NCBI GenBank assembly: GCA_963736005.1
Contig: CAVTNB010000001.1
Span: forward strand, 512,001-576,000
Length of the DNA: 64,000 nucleotides
Source: an uncultured Pseudomonadota bacterium
Lineage (GTDB): Bacteria; Vulcanimicrobiota; Vulcanimicrobiia; Eremiobacterales; Eremiobacteraceae
Reading direction: 5' to 3'
Notes under the pieces: model-generated
Seen by the model: the letters and a program-made list of their open reading frames with translations, nothing else
Databases searched by the model: none
What the model was told of the DNA's origin: nothing
In this document: one piece after another, positions 38,689 to 49,624 of the stretch
Position numbering within the stretch: the stretch's first letter is position 1
Layout of the letters: the number at the start of each line of letters is the position of its first letter
Translations under genes and position numbers: made by a program

Positions 38689-40392
38689 TTACTGGGATGC
38701 GAGCACTTCGCGGGCCTCGCCGGCAACGCGTCGCAAGCTGCCATCTTCGAAGGGCGAACGCAGCTTTGCGGAGCGAACGAGCTCGCCGAAAGCGGCCTCG
38801 CCACCACGCTTGCACAGGGCGAGGTAATCGCTCACTGCCGCTCGGTAGTCTTGGCGCGACTTCGTCCAAAATTGGAGCGCGCAGCACAGCGCAAGGGTGT
38901 AGTCGATGTAGTAGAACGGCACGTGGTAAATGTGAGCCTTCGCTTGCCACAGACCTCCGCGCGCAAGGTAGGCGAGATCCCCATACTGCCGCCAGTGCAG
39001 ATATTTGGCTTCCATCTGCTGCCACATGCGGTGCCGCTCCAGCGGCGTCGCGTCCGGGTTGGCATAGACGAGATGTTGGAAGTGGTCGATCGCAACCCCG
39101 TAGGGAAGAAAGAGCATCGCTTCTTCTAAATGGAGTCGTCGGTAGCGCTCTGCATCATCGCCGAAGAACTGTTCCAGGAACGGCGCGGTTAAGTATTCCA
39201 TGCTCATCGAATGAATCTCGGCCGTATCAAAGGTTGGCGTGAGGTAGTCGAAGGCAGGTAAGTTGCGGCTCTGCCAGTCTTGGAAGGCATGCCCCATTTC
39301 GTGAACCAGCACGTTGACGTCGCGATGCGTGCCGTTGAAACTCGCAAAAATAAACGGTAACCCGTACGTTGGAAAACTCGTGCAGTAACCGCCGCCTGCC
39401 TTGCCGTCTCGATTGGTCAGATCGAGGAGCTGGCGGTGCGTGAGCATGTTGTAGAACTGCGCAACCGATGGATCGACGGCGGAAAAGACCTCCCGCGCGC
39501 GGGAAACAACCCAAGCGTCATCGCCCTGAGGTTTCGGGTTGCCCGACGGATAGCCGACGCTTTCATCCCAGAACATCATTTTCGCGACGCCCAGCCGTTT
39601 GCCACGCCGGCTGATGATTTCTGCTGCTACGGGCACGATGTCACGCGCAACCTGGTCGCGATAGCGTTCGACGTCGCGTTGACCATAGTCGGTGCGGTTC
39701 ATTCGACGGTAGGCCAGATCGATAAAGTTTTCGAAGCCGAGCTTGCGCGCGATCGTGTGTCGCAAGTGAACCATCTCATCAAAAATGCGATCGAGTTCGC
39801 TCGCGTGCGCGGCAAAATAGCCCCATTTCGTCTGTTGAGCACGATATCGCGTGTCGCGATCGGGACTTTGGGTGTATGGCTCAATGCCGGGCAGATTGAG
39901 CAGCCTGCCTTCGAAGGTAAGCTCCGCGCTTGCGATGAGCTCGGTGTACTGCACCTCGAGTTGTGCTTCGCGGGTCAAATCGGCTTCGATTTCCGGCGTA
40001 AACGTGGAGAGGTCGGCTTCCCACAGGGCAAACACGTGAGGGCCGAGCCGCGGCTCCAGATCCGCGCGACCGGTCGCAAACACAAGCCGCTTCATGTACA
40101 TCTCGAGAGCCGTCAGCTTGGGTGAGATCCTGTCGAGGTGTTCGCGCGCCGCTTTGCGCTCCAGTTCGCGGGTATCTTGGTCGAAGCGTAGCCGGGTCAT
40201 GGATTGCCACGTCTGCAGCTGCCGTCGCAATGCATCCCATTGGCCGAACACATCGTAACGCGCGTTCGCGTTGCCGGCGGCGTTCCACCCCGCCTGGAGC
40301 TGCCTGTATTGATTCGCGACCGACTCGAGATTGGGAGTCTCGGCCTTGATGTCTTTGAAATCGACCCCTTCGGAAGGCGATGCTGGATTCAC
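38689..40392 (-). CDS. M3 family oligoendopeptidase (PepF-like)
   Basis: GKAGGGYCT, HEMGH, AEIHSMSME, PFYYIDY. Confidence 0.92.
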   Translation of the reverse strand: MNPASPSEGVDFKDIKAETPNLESVANQYRQLQAGWNAAGNANARYDVFGQWDALRRQLQTWQSMTRLRFDQDTRELERKAAREHLDRISPKLTALEMYMKRLVFATGRADLEPRLGPHVFALWEADLSTFTPEIEADLTREAQLEVQYTELIASAELTFEGRLLNLPGIEPYTQSPDRDTRYRAQQTKWGYFAAHASELDRIFDEMVHLRHTIARKLGFENFIDLAYRRMNRTDYGQRDVERYRDQVARDIVPVAAEIISRRGKRLGVAKMMFWDESVGYPSGNPKPQGDDAWVVSRAREVFSAVDPSVAQFYNMLTHRQLLDLTNRDGKAGGGYCTSFPTYGLPFIFASFNGTHRDVNVLVHEMGHAFQDWQSRNLPAFDYLTPTFDTAEIHSMSMEYLTAPFLEQFFGDDAERYRRLHLEEAMLFLPYGVAIDHFQHLVYANPDATPLERHRMWQQMEAKYLHWRQYGDLAYLARGGLWQAKAHIYHVPFYYIDYTLALCCALQFWTKSRQDYRAAVSDYLALCKRGGEAAFGELVRSAKLRSPFEDGSLRRVAGEAREVLASQ

Positions 40393-40424
40393 GCGGCGCA
40401 GTTCACGAACGCCGCTGCGAGGCC

Positions 40425-41456
40425 CTACCCGACGATGAGGTGCGAATCGCCAAACTCATGCCACAGGTAGCCGTCCTCAAGGGCGGTTTGATACGCCTGG
40501 CGCACTCGATCCGGTCCCGCGATGGCTTCCAACATGGCGAGATGCGACGAATTTGGCTCATGAAATCCCGTCAGCACACCGTCCACGCTTTTCAGGCGGC
40601 GGTTCGGCGTAATGACGAGGTCCGTCCACCCGCGCGAAGGTGTGACGTGGCCCCTCTGGTCGAGCGACGACTCCAGCGCGCGTACCACGGTTGTGCCGAC
40701 GGCGATCACGCGGCCGCCCAGCCTTTGCGCGCGGCGAATTGCAAAGGCGGCTTCCGCACTGACTTCAAACGCCTCTTCATGGGGCGGCTCGTGCCATTCA
40801 ATGCTCGCTACACCTGCATGTAACACGACTGACGCGATCGAGACGCCGCGATTTTGAAGTTGCTCGAAAAGTGCAGACGTGAAAGGCCGCCCAGCTGATG
40901 CCATTTCGGCTGAGCCAGCTTCCCGAGCGTACACGTTCTGATACACTTCAAGTGGCCACTCGCGGGTGACGTGGCGATAGCGGATCGGTCTGCCATAGCG
41001 AGCGAGGTAGTCTAGGAAGGGCAACGGCAGATGTAATTTCGCATACCAAAGCCGTCGTGAATTCCGATACGCGGCGACCAGTTCTGCTGTCCCTTCACCC
41101 GGCAACGACAGACGCTCGCCGGGCTCCATTGGCGCATCGCGCGGCTCGACGATACACAAATCCTCAGACAGCTGCGTTGAAAAATGAAGCAGTATCTGTG
41201 CACCATCTCGACGCTGCGCCTGCAGGGCGGCCGGGATGGTCGCTGAGGTGTTGAGCACGATAACGTCGCCCGGAGCGAGGAACTGCGGCAGACGATCGAA
41301 GCGGGCGTGCACGTGATGCTTCCCCGAGACCAGCAAGCGCACATCGCTGCGGCCAGCACCCCGCGCTTCAGCGGGTTCGCGAGCTTCCAGTTCTGGCGGG
41401 AGGTGAAACGCCGGCGGCGCGGTCTCTACAAATGCCCGCGGCTCAGCTGACAGCAT
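40425..41456 (-). CDS. QueA-like protein (non-canonical)
   Basis: PGDVIVLN, YQNVYA, AVGTTVVRALES, TGFHEP, EFGDS; GSAEMASAGRPF replaces the canonical AAPTAGLHF. Confidence 0.85.
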   Translation of the reverse strand: MLSAEPRAFVETAPPAFHLPPELEAREPAEARGAGRSDVRLLVSGKHHVHARFDRLPQFLAPGDVIVLNTSATIPAALQAQRRDGAQILLHFSTQLSEDLCIVEPRDAPMEPGERLSLPGEGTAELVAAYRNSRRLWYAKLHLPLPFLDYLARYGRPIRYRHVTREWPLEVYQNVYAREAGSAEMASAGRPFTSALFEQLQNRGVSIASVVLHAGVASIEWHEPPHEEAFEVSAEAAFAIRRAQRLGGRVIAVGTTVVRALESSLDQRGHVTPSRGWTDLVITPNRRLKSVDGVLTGFHEPNSSHLAMLEAIAGPDRVRQAYQTALEDGYLWHEFGDSHLIVG

Positions 41457-42159
41457 GGGTCAACTCTTGAGCTTGGTAACGCAGTGCGCCAAGGGTCTCG
41501 TTCTCGAGAAGTTCGACTATCGCGGGCGCGACCTGGCTTGGGTGCGGCAGATTGGATAAGTCGACGCCCGGCTCGGCAAGTGCGTGCATCGCCGTGTTCA
41601 TGTCGCCGGGATCCACGACAAGTATTCGCACGCCGCTGCCTTCTAGCTCTACAGCGAGGGTTCGGGAGAGGTGTTCGAGCGCAGCTTTGCTCGCGCCATA
41701 GCCACCCCAGCCCGGGTACGCATTCACGCCCGCATCCGAAGTGATGTTGACGATCGTGCCCTGGCCTTGTTTGCGCATGCCTGGGAGGACGATCTGGATG
41801 AGATGCAGCGGCGCTACCGCGTTGACGCGCAGGATTCGCTGCAGCGCTTCCCATGAAAGCGAGTCAAGGGCGGGCATTGGGCTTGGGCCTAGCTCGGATG
41901 CATTATTAATCAACGCGTCAATCCGGCCGAATCGCGCCATGCCTTGCGCAACGATCTCCTCGGCGCTCTGGGATACGTCGGCCGCAACGGCAACCACATC
42001 CGTGTGCTTGCGCAGCGCCGCTGCTGCCTTTTCTAGTGCGGGTGCTTGACGCGCGGCAATGACAAGTCGCGCTCCACGACGCGCGAGGATGGAAGCAATC
42101 TCAAAACCGAGGCCGCGCGACGCGCCGGTCACAAGAATGCACGAATGCTGAATTTGCAT
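41443..42159 (-). CDS. Short-chain dehydrogenase/reductase
   Basis: TGASRGLG, NNAS, YGASK. Confidence 0.9.
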   Translation of the reverse strand: MQIQHSCILVTGASRGLGFEIASILARRGARLVIAARQAPALEKAAAALRKHTDVVAVAADVSQSAEEIVAQGMARFGRIDALINNASELGPSPMPALDSLSWEALQRILRVNAVAPLHLIQIVLPGMRKQGQGTIVNITSDAGVNAYPGWGGYGASKAALEHLSRTLAVELEGSGVRILVVDPGDMNTAMHALAEPGVDLSNLPHPSQVAPAIVELLENETLGALRYQAQELTHAVS

Positions 42160-42237
42160 GCTCTGAGTATGCGCTCACGTCATGACCAGAGCCACGGACG
42201 TGAGGGCGACCTTTGACCTGTACGAAAGGGTAGTTCT

Positions 42238-42855
42238 TTAAATTATTCGCCGGCGCAGAGCAACGGCTACCGCGCCAGCGCGATTCTCAGCGCCGAGTTT
42301 CGTCATGGCAGCGTTGAGATGGAACTTGACCGTGCGCTCGACGATATTTAAGCGACGCGCGATCTGCTTGTTTGAAAGACCGTCGGCGACGAAGCGCAGG
42401 ACTTCGCGTTCGCGCTCCGTGAGCGCAGCCGCTCGAGGCTCCCGTACTTGTGCCGCAAGTGCAGCGGCGATGGGTGGCGGAAGGTACGACCCACCAGCGT
42501 GTACCTGCCGGATGGCCTGCGCCACCTCTGCTGCAGGCGCGCCCTTGAGCGCGTATCCGCGTGCACCGGAACGAACGGCGCCCACAATCTTGTCGTCATC
42601 GGCATAGGCAGTAAAGACGATAACGCGCGCGTCGGGCACCTCGCGAACAATTTCCCGAACGGCATCGACGCCGCTCAGTCCAGGCATCTCGAAGTCGAGG
42701 AGCACGACGTCGGGTGACCATCGGGTGGCGTTGGCGATGAGTTCTTCGGCCGAGGCCACGGCTCCGACGATTCGAAAATCAGACTCATCGCCGAGCGCGG
42801 ATATCAAGCCTTCGCGAACCACAGGGTGATCGTCGACCAGCGCGATGCGAATCAT
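42238..42855 (-). CDS. NarL/LuxR-family response regulator
   Basis: DDH, LLD, LTEREREVL, SNKQIA. Confidence 0.93.
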   Translation of the reverse strand: MIRIALVDDHPVVREGLISALGDESDFRIVGAVASAEELIANATRWSPDVVLLDFEMPGLSGVDAVREIVREVPDARVIVFTAYADDDKIVGAVRSGARGYALKGAPAAEVAQAIRQVHAGGSYLPPPIAAALAAQVREPRAAALTEREREVLRFVADGLSNKQIARRLNIVERTVKFHLNAAMTKLGAENRAGAVAVALRRRII

Positions 42856-43991
42856 CTGCTTGCTCTGTCAAGAGGCACGGTCACCCTCACCCTCGTGTGC
42901 CCTCCCGAACTTGTAATGGTCAGCGCGCCCTTCATGAGCTGCGCCCGCTCTCGCATTCCAATGATGCCGTGCCCCGCCCCGCCTTTATGGGCCCGATATC
43001 CGATGCCGTCGTCGCGAATCGTAAGGCGAGCTGTCGTTCCGCGCCGGGTGAGGAGAATCTCCACAGCGGTGGCGCGAGCATGCTTGCCCACGTTCGTCAT
43101 GGCCTCGTGCGCGATCCCAAGCAGCTCGCTCTCGACCTCTGCTGGCAAATCGAACTCGGTCGCATCCACGCGAACGGCGATGCCCGTCCTTGAGGTAAAT
43201 TTCCGGGCCAGAGCTTCGAGCGCTTGGGGAAGGGGCGTGCCTGCCGGAGGTGTGCCGCGCAAGGCCACAACCGAACGCCGCGCTTCGCTGATGCCTTCGC
43301 GGGCAACCTCGAGCGCGCGGTTGAGTTCGTCGCGCGAGCGGCTATCGGCAAGGCCGAGATGCTTGAGTGCACCTTCGAGCTGCAAGGCGATCGCCGTAAG
43401 ACGCTGCACGAGCGTGTCGTGAATTTCTCGAGCCAGGCGAGTACGCTCCTCGATTCGAGCGAGCCGCGCTCCTTCGTCGGCGAGCCGCGCTCGTTCAACG
43501 GTGGCGGCCGCTTGGAGCGCAATCACTTCGAGAAGACGCAGCTCACCCGTCGACAGCCGGCGCCACTTTGGCCCCGTGATGTTCATGATTCCAAGCGGCT
43601 CACCCCGAAAGTGGAGCGGCACGCTCGCGTGATAGCGCAGACCGCCGGTGAGTGCCGTGAGCTTCCGCTGCACCGCAGGAGCCAGCCGGCTGCATTCAAC
43701 GACGTTCACATTTTTCGGTGACAGCTTGCCGTCGCGAAAGAGCTCCGTGCACTGACACCAATTGCCGGCCATGCGCACGGGCTCACGCAGGTATGGCGGA
43801 AGATTGTGCGAGGCAGCATTGTAGAAACGCTTCGTTTGCGGGTCGATGAGCCATATCCAAGCGGTGCGCAGCCGGAGCAGCGAGGTAACGTTGGCGAGCA
43901 TGCGCTCGAGTGCTTCTCGCACGTCGACTGCGCCGTTGAGGCCGTCCGCGATCGCGTAGAGAATCCGCAGCTCTTTCGCGCGAGAATGCAT
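42852..43991 (-). CDS. Cytoplasmic GAF sensor histidine kinase (HisKA_3)
   Basis: ERTRLAREIHD, EAMTNVGKHA, DDGIG, GHGIIGMRER; GAF with CQC...C; no TM. Confidence 0.9.
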   Translation of the reverse strand: MHSRAKELRILYAIADGLNGAVDVREALERMLANVTSLLRLRTAWIWLIDPQTKRFYNAASHNLPPYLREPVRMAGNWCQCTELFRDGKLSPKNVNVVECSRLAPAVQRKLTALTGGLRYHASVPLHFRGEPLGIMNITGPKWRRLSTGELRLLEVIALQAAATVERARLADEGARLARIEERTRLAREIHDTLVQRLTAIALQLEGALKHLGLADSRSRDELNRALEVAREGISEARRSVVALRGTPPAGTPLPQALEALARKFTSRTGIAVRVDATEFDLPAEVESELLGIAHEAMTNVGKHARATAVEILLTRRGTTARLTIRDDGIGYRAHKGGAGHGIIGMRERAQLMKGALTITSSGGHTRVRVTVPLDRASR

Positions 43992-44040
43992 GAGGAAGCG
44001 AAGCTTTTTGCTTGCGGTTGGCGAGCCCTACCAGCGTGGG

Positions 44041-47000
44041 CTAGTGAAAGTCGCGCGATTTTTGACCTTCAGCGAGATTGTCGCTGTCGAGCTTCCAAAA
44101 GCGGCGCGCCAGGAGGTTGACATGGCCATCTTGTTTTTGCAGCACGCCTTCAACAATGACGGTCGGTTCATCCCGTGCGATCGACCGGTAGCGTTGGTAT
44201 ACATCTGGACGAATGATGACGTTGATCAGACCAGTTTCATCCTCCATCGTCGTAAACACAAAGCCTTTTGCGGTGCCGGGTCGCTGTCTGGTTGTCACGA
44301 GTCCCGCCACCTTGAGCACGAGCCGATTCGGCAATGCTCGCAAGTCGCACGCACGGCGCACGCGCAAAGCGTTGAGTTGAGGGCGATAGAATTCCATGAC
44401 TTGATAGCGCGTGGACAGACCCAATCCTCGAAAATCAGCGGCCGCTTCTTCACTCTTGCGCATGGCCGGCAAGGCGACGGCAGGTTCGTCGACAGTCATC
44501 GCGCGCTCGAGCCCGCCCGCCGCGACCAAGTTACCGATGCGTTGCACGTCCCAAAACGCTTCTCGGCGCGAGCGGTGCAAGCTCGCAAACGCGTCGACCG
44601 CTGCGAGCGACTCCAAAATATCTTTCGACAGTTGCGTGCGCAAGACGAAGTCTCGCAGGTCTGTGTAGGGACCGCGAGCGCGTTCTGCGTCGAGCAGCTC
44701 TTTGTGCTTTTCGCCGATGCCGCGAACCTGACTCAATCCGATACGCAGCGCAACAGGGTGTTCCCAAGGGTGGGTGACGGTTCCAGGGGCGATTTGCCAA
44801 TCGCCCCCTACGGAGGCAGCGGTGGGAGGCAATGGTTCGACGGTGCAGGCAAAGCGCGAGGCATTCACATCTGGCGGTAAGACTGTGACGTTGTGGCGGC
44901 GCGCGTCTCCAATTAACGTCGAGGGAGAATAAAAACCCATTGGCTGAGCATTGAGTAACGCAGCGTAGAACTCTGGCGCATACATGCGCTTGAGATATCC
45001 CGACACATACACGATGAGCGCAAAAGATGCCGCGTGAGACTCGGGAAATCCAAAGTCTGCGAAGGCGCTGAGCATGCCGAAGAGGCGATCGGCAAGTGCG
45101 CGATCGATACCGTTGCGCTGCATGCCATCGAGCAATCGTCCGTGTAGTCTCTCCATCTTCTGTCGCGAGCGCTTATGCCCCATGGCGCGGCGCAGCTCAT
45201 CCGCTTGTCCGGGCGTGAAGCCGGCAGCTTCGATGGCCAAGCGCATGCCTTGCTCCTGAAAGAGCGGTACGCCCAGCGTGCGCTCGAGCACGGGTTGCAG
45301 CTTTGGATGGGGGTAGGTGACCGGTTCTATGCCGCGGCGGCGGCGAATGTACGGATGCACCATGTCGCCTTGAATCGGGCCCGGACGAATGATGGCGACT
45401 TGCACGACGATGTCGTAAAAACGCCTCGGCCGCAGACGAGGTAGAGTCGCCATTTGTGCGCGCGATTCAACTTGAAAAAGTCCCACCGTATCGGCTTCGC
45501 ACAGCATGTCGTAGACGCGTTCGTCGTCGCAAGCGCGCAAGTCGGTAAAATCGATCTTCGTGCCGCGGCTCCGCTCGATGTCGGCGAGCGCAAGTTCGAT
45601 GGCGTCGAGCATACCGAGGCCTAAAATGTCAATCTTGATAAGCCCAAGCGTGGCGCAATCATCTTTATCCCAGCAAAGAATCGTGCGGTTAGGCATGGCG
45701 GCCGGTTCGAGCGGCGCTATTTCAATGAGGGGCGAACGCGTGATGACCATCCCGCCGACGTGCTGGCTCAAATGCCGGGGAAATCCATCGATGCGCCGGC
45801 AGAGCTCGTATAAACGTTGCGCCACGTTGCCGCTCAGATCCACGCGCAGCGCGGCCGGCAGCGCGGCAACGGCGTGTTCTACTTCTGCTGCCGTCATCAA
45901 GAGCAAATCGCCGTGATTTGTCATAGGAACGGCTGCGGCTTCGACCTCTTGCGCTTCATCGCCAACTTTTGCCGCCGAATAGGTGTCGAGCGACTTTGCC
46001 AAGCGCGTCGACTTGATCCAGCGAGAGCCCCAGCGCTTTACCGATATCGCGCACCGCACTGCGCGCGCGATAGGTGATGACTTCTGCCACCATCCCAGCG
46101 TGCTCGCGTCCATAACGTTGATAGATATATTGGATGAGCTGCTCGCGCTGGTCGCCCGATGGCGTATCGAGATCGATGTCGGGCGGTTCATCGCGCTCTT
46201 CTGACAGAAACCGTTCGAAGAGCAGCTTGAGACCCACGGGATCGACGCTTGTGATCCCAAGCGCATAGCACACGGCAGAGTTGGCAGCCGAACCGCGGCC
46301 TTGCACGAGAATATTTCGCTCGCTCGCAAAACGGACCATATCCCACACGATGAGAAAATATCCGGCGAGGTCGAGCTTTTCGATGACGCCCAACTCGTGG
46401 GCGATCTGCTCGCTCACCTGGGACGTCACCGGTTTGTATCGGCGCTGCACCCCTTCATGCACGAGTTTGTAGAGATAGGAAAATGCAGTTTCCCCAGCAG
46501 GCAAAGGGAAATCAGGAAATTCATTGTGCAGTTTGCCTAAACGAAATTGGCAACGCTCGGCGATCGCAAGGGTGTTGTGAACGGCACGCGGATGCTCGCG
46601 AAAGCTGCGCAGCATTTCCTCCGGCGATCGCATGTAATATTCACCATTGGGGCGCAGCCTCGTACCGGCTTGCTCGAGCGTTGTCTTCTGGCGGATGCAG
46701 GCTAAAACGTCGGCCAACGCGCGATGCTCCGGCCATGCGTAGTGCACGCCCCCGGTTGCAACAAGCCCGAGTTCGAGTGTGGCGGCAAGCGCACTCAGCG
46801 CGCGAATGCGAGGCCCGTCATCGGGTAAGAAATGGCGCTGCAACTCGATCCACACATTCCCCCAACCGAAGATGTCGCGCAGTTGACCTGCCACGTTGCA
46901 GGCAGCGCGAAAATCTCCGCGCTCGAGCGCGCTCGGCACAGCGCCCTGACTACAGCCCGACAGCGCGATGAGTCCATGCGCGTGTGTGGCCAGTGTCTCA

Positions 47001-47329
47001 TACGTGGTTGCCGGCTCTCCTCGCGCATGATCCAGTCGCGCGCGACTGATCAGCCGGGAGAGATGAGCATACCCAGCTTTCTCTGCGGCGAGAACGACCA
47101 GATGACTACCATCTTCCATCGTGAGTTCGGCGCCCACAATGACGGCAACACCTTCGTCCCTTCCCGCTTGAGCGAAGCGTACGGCGCCGTAGAGTCCATC
47201 TCGATCCGTGATCGCGACGGCGGCGTAGTTGAGTTCCTTGGCGCGGGCAATCAGCTCTTCGGGATGCGAACCCCCGTCCAGCAGCGTAAAATTCGAATGG
47301 ACATGCAGTTCTGCGTACTGTATTGCCAT
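44041..47329 (-). CDS. dnaE2: Error-prone DNA polymerase DnaE2, +1 frameshift near 46001
   Basis: PHP HVHS, GRGSAANS, PDIDLD, QHVGG, FPESHA, QPMGFY, terminal SRDFH; the two frames join as QVDALAKSLD. Confidence 0.93.
44786..44811 (-). repeat. Intragenic REP-like palindrome, type B
   Basis: gtagggggcgattggcaaatcgcccc, near-identical to intergenic 51787..51811. Confidence 0.88.
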
Positions 47330-47335
47330 GGACGG

Positions 47336-48874
47336 TCAATCAAAAATGCCTTGCACGTACCAGTTGTTTTCGCGAACGTCATGAAATGCGAGCACGAGCG
47401 CGCCGTCGCGATCCCGCACTTGATAGTAATCGCGCTCCACCGGCCGGTCCCACCAACTTTCGCTCAGTCGAAATGGCCCAACGCAGGTGCTGCGCTCGCT
47501 GGGCGCGTGCATGATCTTTGGTGGATCGACCAAGCGCAAGGCAGGAGCCCAGGCTGCTTGCGCGCCAGGTGCGCATGGAGTGACCGGCTTTCGTCGACCG
47601 GCGCGCGAACTGGCGATCTTCTCGAATTGCCGCGGCGAGGTAACCGGCATCACCCGCTGCATGCGCTCGGGTAAGCGCGAATGCTCTCGCTGCGTAATCA
47701 GCGTGACCACCTCATCATCTGCGAGACTCGCGCGTAGCCGTGCCAGCGTGGTGGCCAGGGCCGCACCACGCGATCCCCGAGCACCGTCGAAAAGTCCGAG
47801 TTGCGGGGGTGGCTCCGCGCATGGCCCTGCGCGCACGAGGATCGCCTCCACCGGCCCAAGTTGCTCGCGAGATTCGAGCGCGACACGGGCTACGTCGAAC
47901 ATGGTGACTGAAGATGAGGTTGGTTCTGCCAACGCAATGGGGATGTTGAGGACGGATGGGGCGATTTTCCAATCATCCCCTACAGGAGCATAGGTGGAGT
48001 TGGTCGCGTCAAGGATGAGGATGAGCTCGAGTTTGTCGCACACTTGGGCCGCCCCCGCAAGTCGGCCGGCGACGTTCGCCACGCAGCTGCGCAGCGCAAA
48101 AAACAACGGTTCTACTTGCGTGACGATGCTCTCGAAGGCGAAACGGTCTTCATACATCGTCTGCGTGCGATGCGGGTGCAGGGGTTCTGAGGCTTGTCCT
48201 CGTGCCAAGGCAACATAGGCTCGTGCGCGCTCGCCAAAACGCGCAGCAAGCGGTGCGGTGGCGAGCGCCGCAATTTGGCCGAGCACGCGCAGGCCGAGCA
48301 TATCGAAGCGTTCTGCGTCACTGGGCCAAAGCGGCAAGAGCGTCACGGGCAACGGCGCAAGAAACACCGCACTGCCGCCTGCTGGCACAATGCTGCACCC
48401 ACCTCCCGTCAGCGCAGCGCACTGCGCGGTGAATTTGTCATCCGCGACGGCGCCGGACGAAGGAAAGCCAAGCGATGAGGCGAGCGCAACGGCAGCGCCG
48501 ATGGCATGAGTTTCTCCATTCGGCAAGCCGGTTGCATCGAAGAAATAGACACCGGGTCGAAGCGCTTCAACGGTAGGTCCGCAGCTTTCGAGTGCTTCGA
48601 GTAATTCGTTTGTAGTATCGCGTTCGAGTTTTTCATTGCGAGCCAGCACTGCAAGGCTGGGGCATGCTGCCCGAGCCTGCTTTGGCGTCATGCCTGCAGA
48701 CACACCACATGCCGCACGATTGTGCGCGACGATTTCGCGGCGTGACACCCCGTCGGCGATGGCGATGGGACGATTGGCAAGCGATGGATTGGCCCGCAGA
48801 CACACGTCAACGAGAAATTCTGGAACGATGAGGCACGCCACGCGTGCCTTGATCTCGCTAAACGGCGCAGACAT
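47336..48874 (-). CDS. imuB: ImuB, inactive Y-family polymerase
   Basis: A...GV..GM...QARA.CP, clamp motif QLGLF, C-terminal WW...ERDYY...W.VQG. Confidence 0.88.
   Translation of the reverse strand: MSAPFSEIKARVACLIVPEFLVDVCLRANPSLANRPIAIADGVSRREIVAHNRAACGVSAGMTPKQARAACPSLAVLARNEKLERDTTNELLEALESCGPTVEALRPGVYFFDATGLPNGETHAIGAAVALASSLGFPSSGAVADDKFTAQCAALTGGGCSIVPAGGSAVFLAPLPVTLLPLWPSDAERFDMLGLRVLGQIAALATAPLAARFGERARAYVALARGQASEPLHPHRTQTMYEDRFAFESIVTQVEPLFFALRSCVANVAGRLAGAAQVCDKLELILILDATNSTYAPVGDDWKIAPSVLNIPIALAEPTSSSVTMFDVARVALESREQLGPVEAILVRAGPCAEPPPQLGLFDGARGSRGAALATTLARLRASLADDEVVTLITQREHSRLPERMQRVMPVTSPRQFEKIASSRAGRRKPVTPCAPGAQAAWAPALRLVDPPKIMHAPSERSTCVGPFRLSESWWDRPVERDYYQVRDRDGALVLAFHDVRENNWYVQGIFD
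47958..47983 (-). repeat. Intragenic REP-like palindrome, type B
   Basis: gtaggggatgattggaaaatcgcccc. Confidence 0.82.
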
Positions 48875-49613
48875 TCTCGAATTTTCCATCTTCAGCTTCC
48901 ACGAGAGGCATAGGCCAGCTGCCTGCAACGTCTGCGAGGTAGACCTCGAACGAGGCAGTCTTCCCAGGTGTGCCCATCTTGGATTTTGCGACGTCGAAGG
49001 CAACCCGATACCCAGCGAGACGGCTATCGCCGTGACAATTGCTGCCGGGTTGCCATAGCGGCGAGAGGCTACGAGCGCGAATGCGCAGCGAAGCAAACGA
49101 GGCGAGCGGCTGACTTACCCCACGGGAGAGAGCGCAAAGTGTCGTGGCGGTTTTTTCTGCCTGCGCTACCAAACGGGCGCAATGATGCGTTTGCAGTGCT
49201 TCGCTGCTCGTACCGTCAAGAATAACGACGGCACACGCGCCACCGCGAACGACTGCATCGGCGGCACGACGACATGCCGCCGCATCGCGCGGTCGAACGA
49301 CGAGAAGCCGTTCCAACATAATTCCGGCAGACTCTGCCGCCGGTGCAAAAAAGCTTCTCTCTGGGTCGATGAACGCGCCGATGTCACCCTGGCGCGTGCA
49401 CTTTGCAAGAAGCGCATAGGCGAACGTGGTTTTCCCGCAGGAGCGCTCTCCGAAGATCTCCGTAAGACGGCCCGCCGGGATGCCGACCGCCCCAAGGGCC
49501 CGATCGAGGTCGGCAATACCCATGGTCGAGCCTGATATTGCTTGGGCATGTCCGTGTACCGCTGGGCCGTGCCAACGGCTTTCTAAAAGGCTTTTCAAAG
49601 CGCTGACGGACAT
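48858..49613 (-). CDS. imuA: ImuA/RecA-like protein
   Basis: LDRALG.GIP.GRLTEIFGERSCGKTT, FIDP, VVILD; first gene of the imuB-dnaE2 cassette. Confidence 0.85.
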   Translation of the reverse strand: MSVSALKSLLESRWHGPAVHGHAQAISGSTMGIADLDRALGAVGIPAGRLTEIFGERSCGKTTFAYALLAKCTRQGDIGAFIDPERSFFAPAAESAGIMLERLLVVRPRDAAACRRAADAVVRGGACAVVILDGTSSEALQTHHCARLVAQAEKTATTLCALSRGVSQPLASFASLRIRARSLSPLWQPGSNCHGDSRLAGYRVAFDVAKSKMGTPGKTASFEVYLADVAGSWPMPLVEAEDGKFENVCAV

Positions 49614-49624
49614 GGTGGACTGTT

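Noticed and set aside
45990..46010. Programmed frameshift or naturally split dnaE2
   Set aside because: No slippery site or intein motif seen; similar +1 indels occur in unrelated genes.
48858..49613. recA
   Set aside because: Only 251 aa, divergent, and heads the imuB-dnaE2 cassette.
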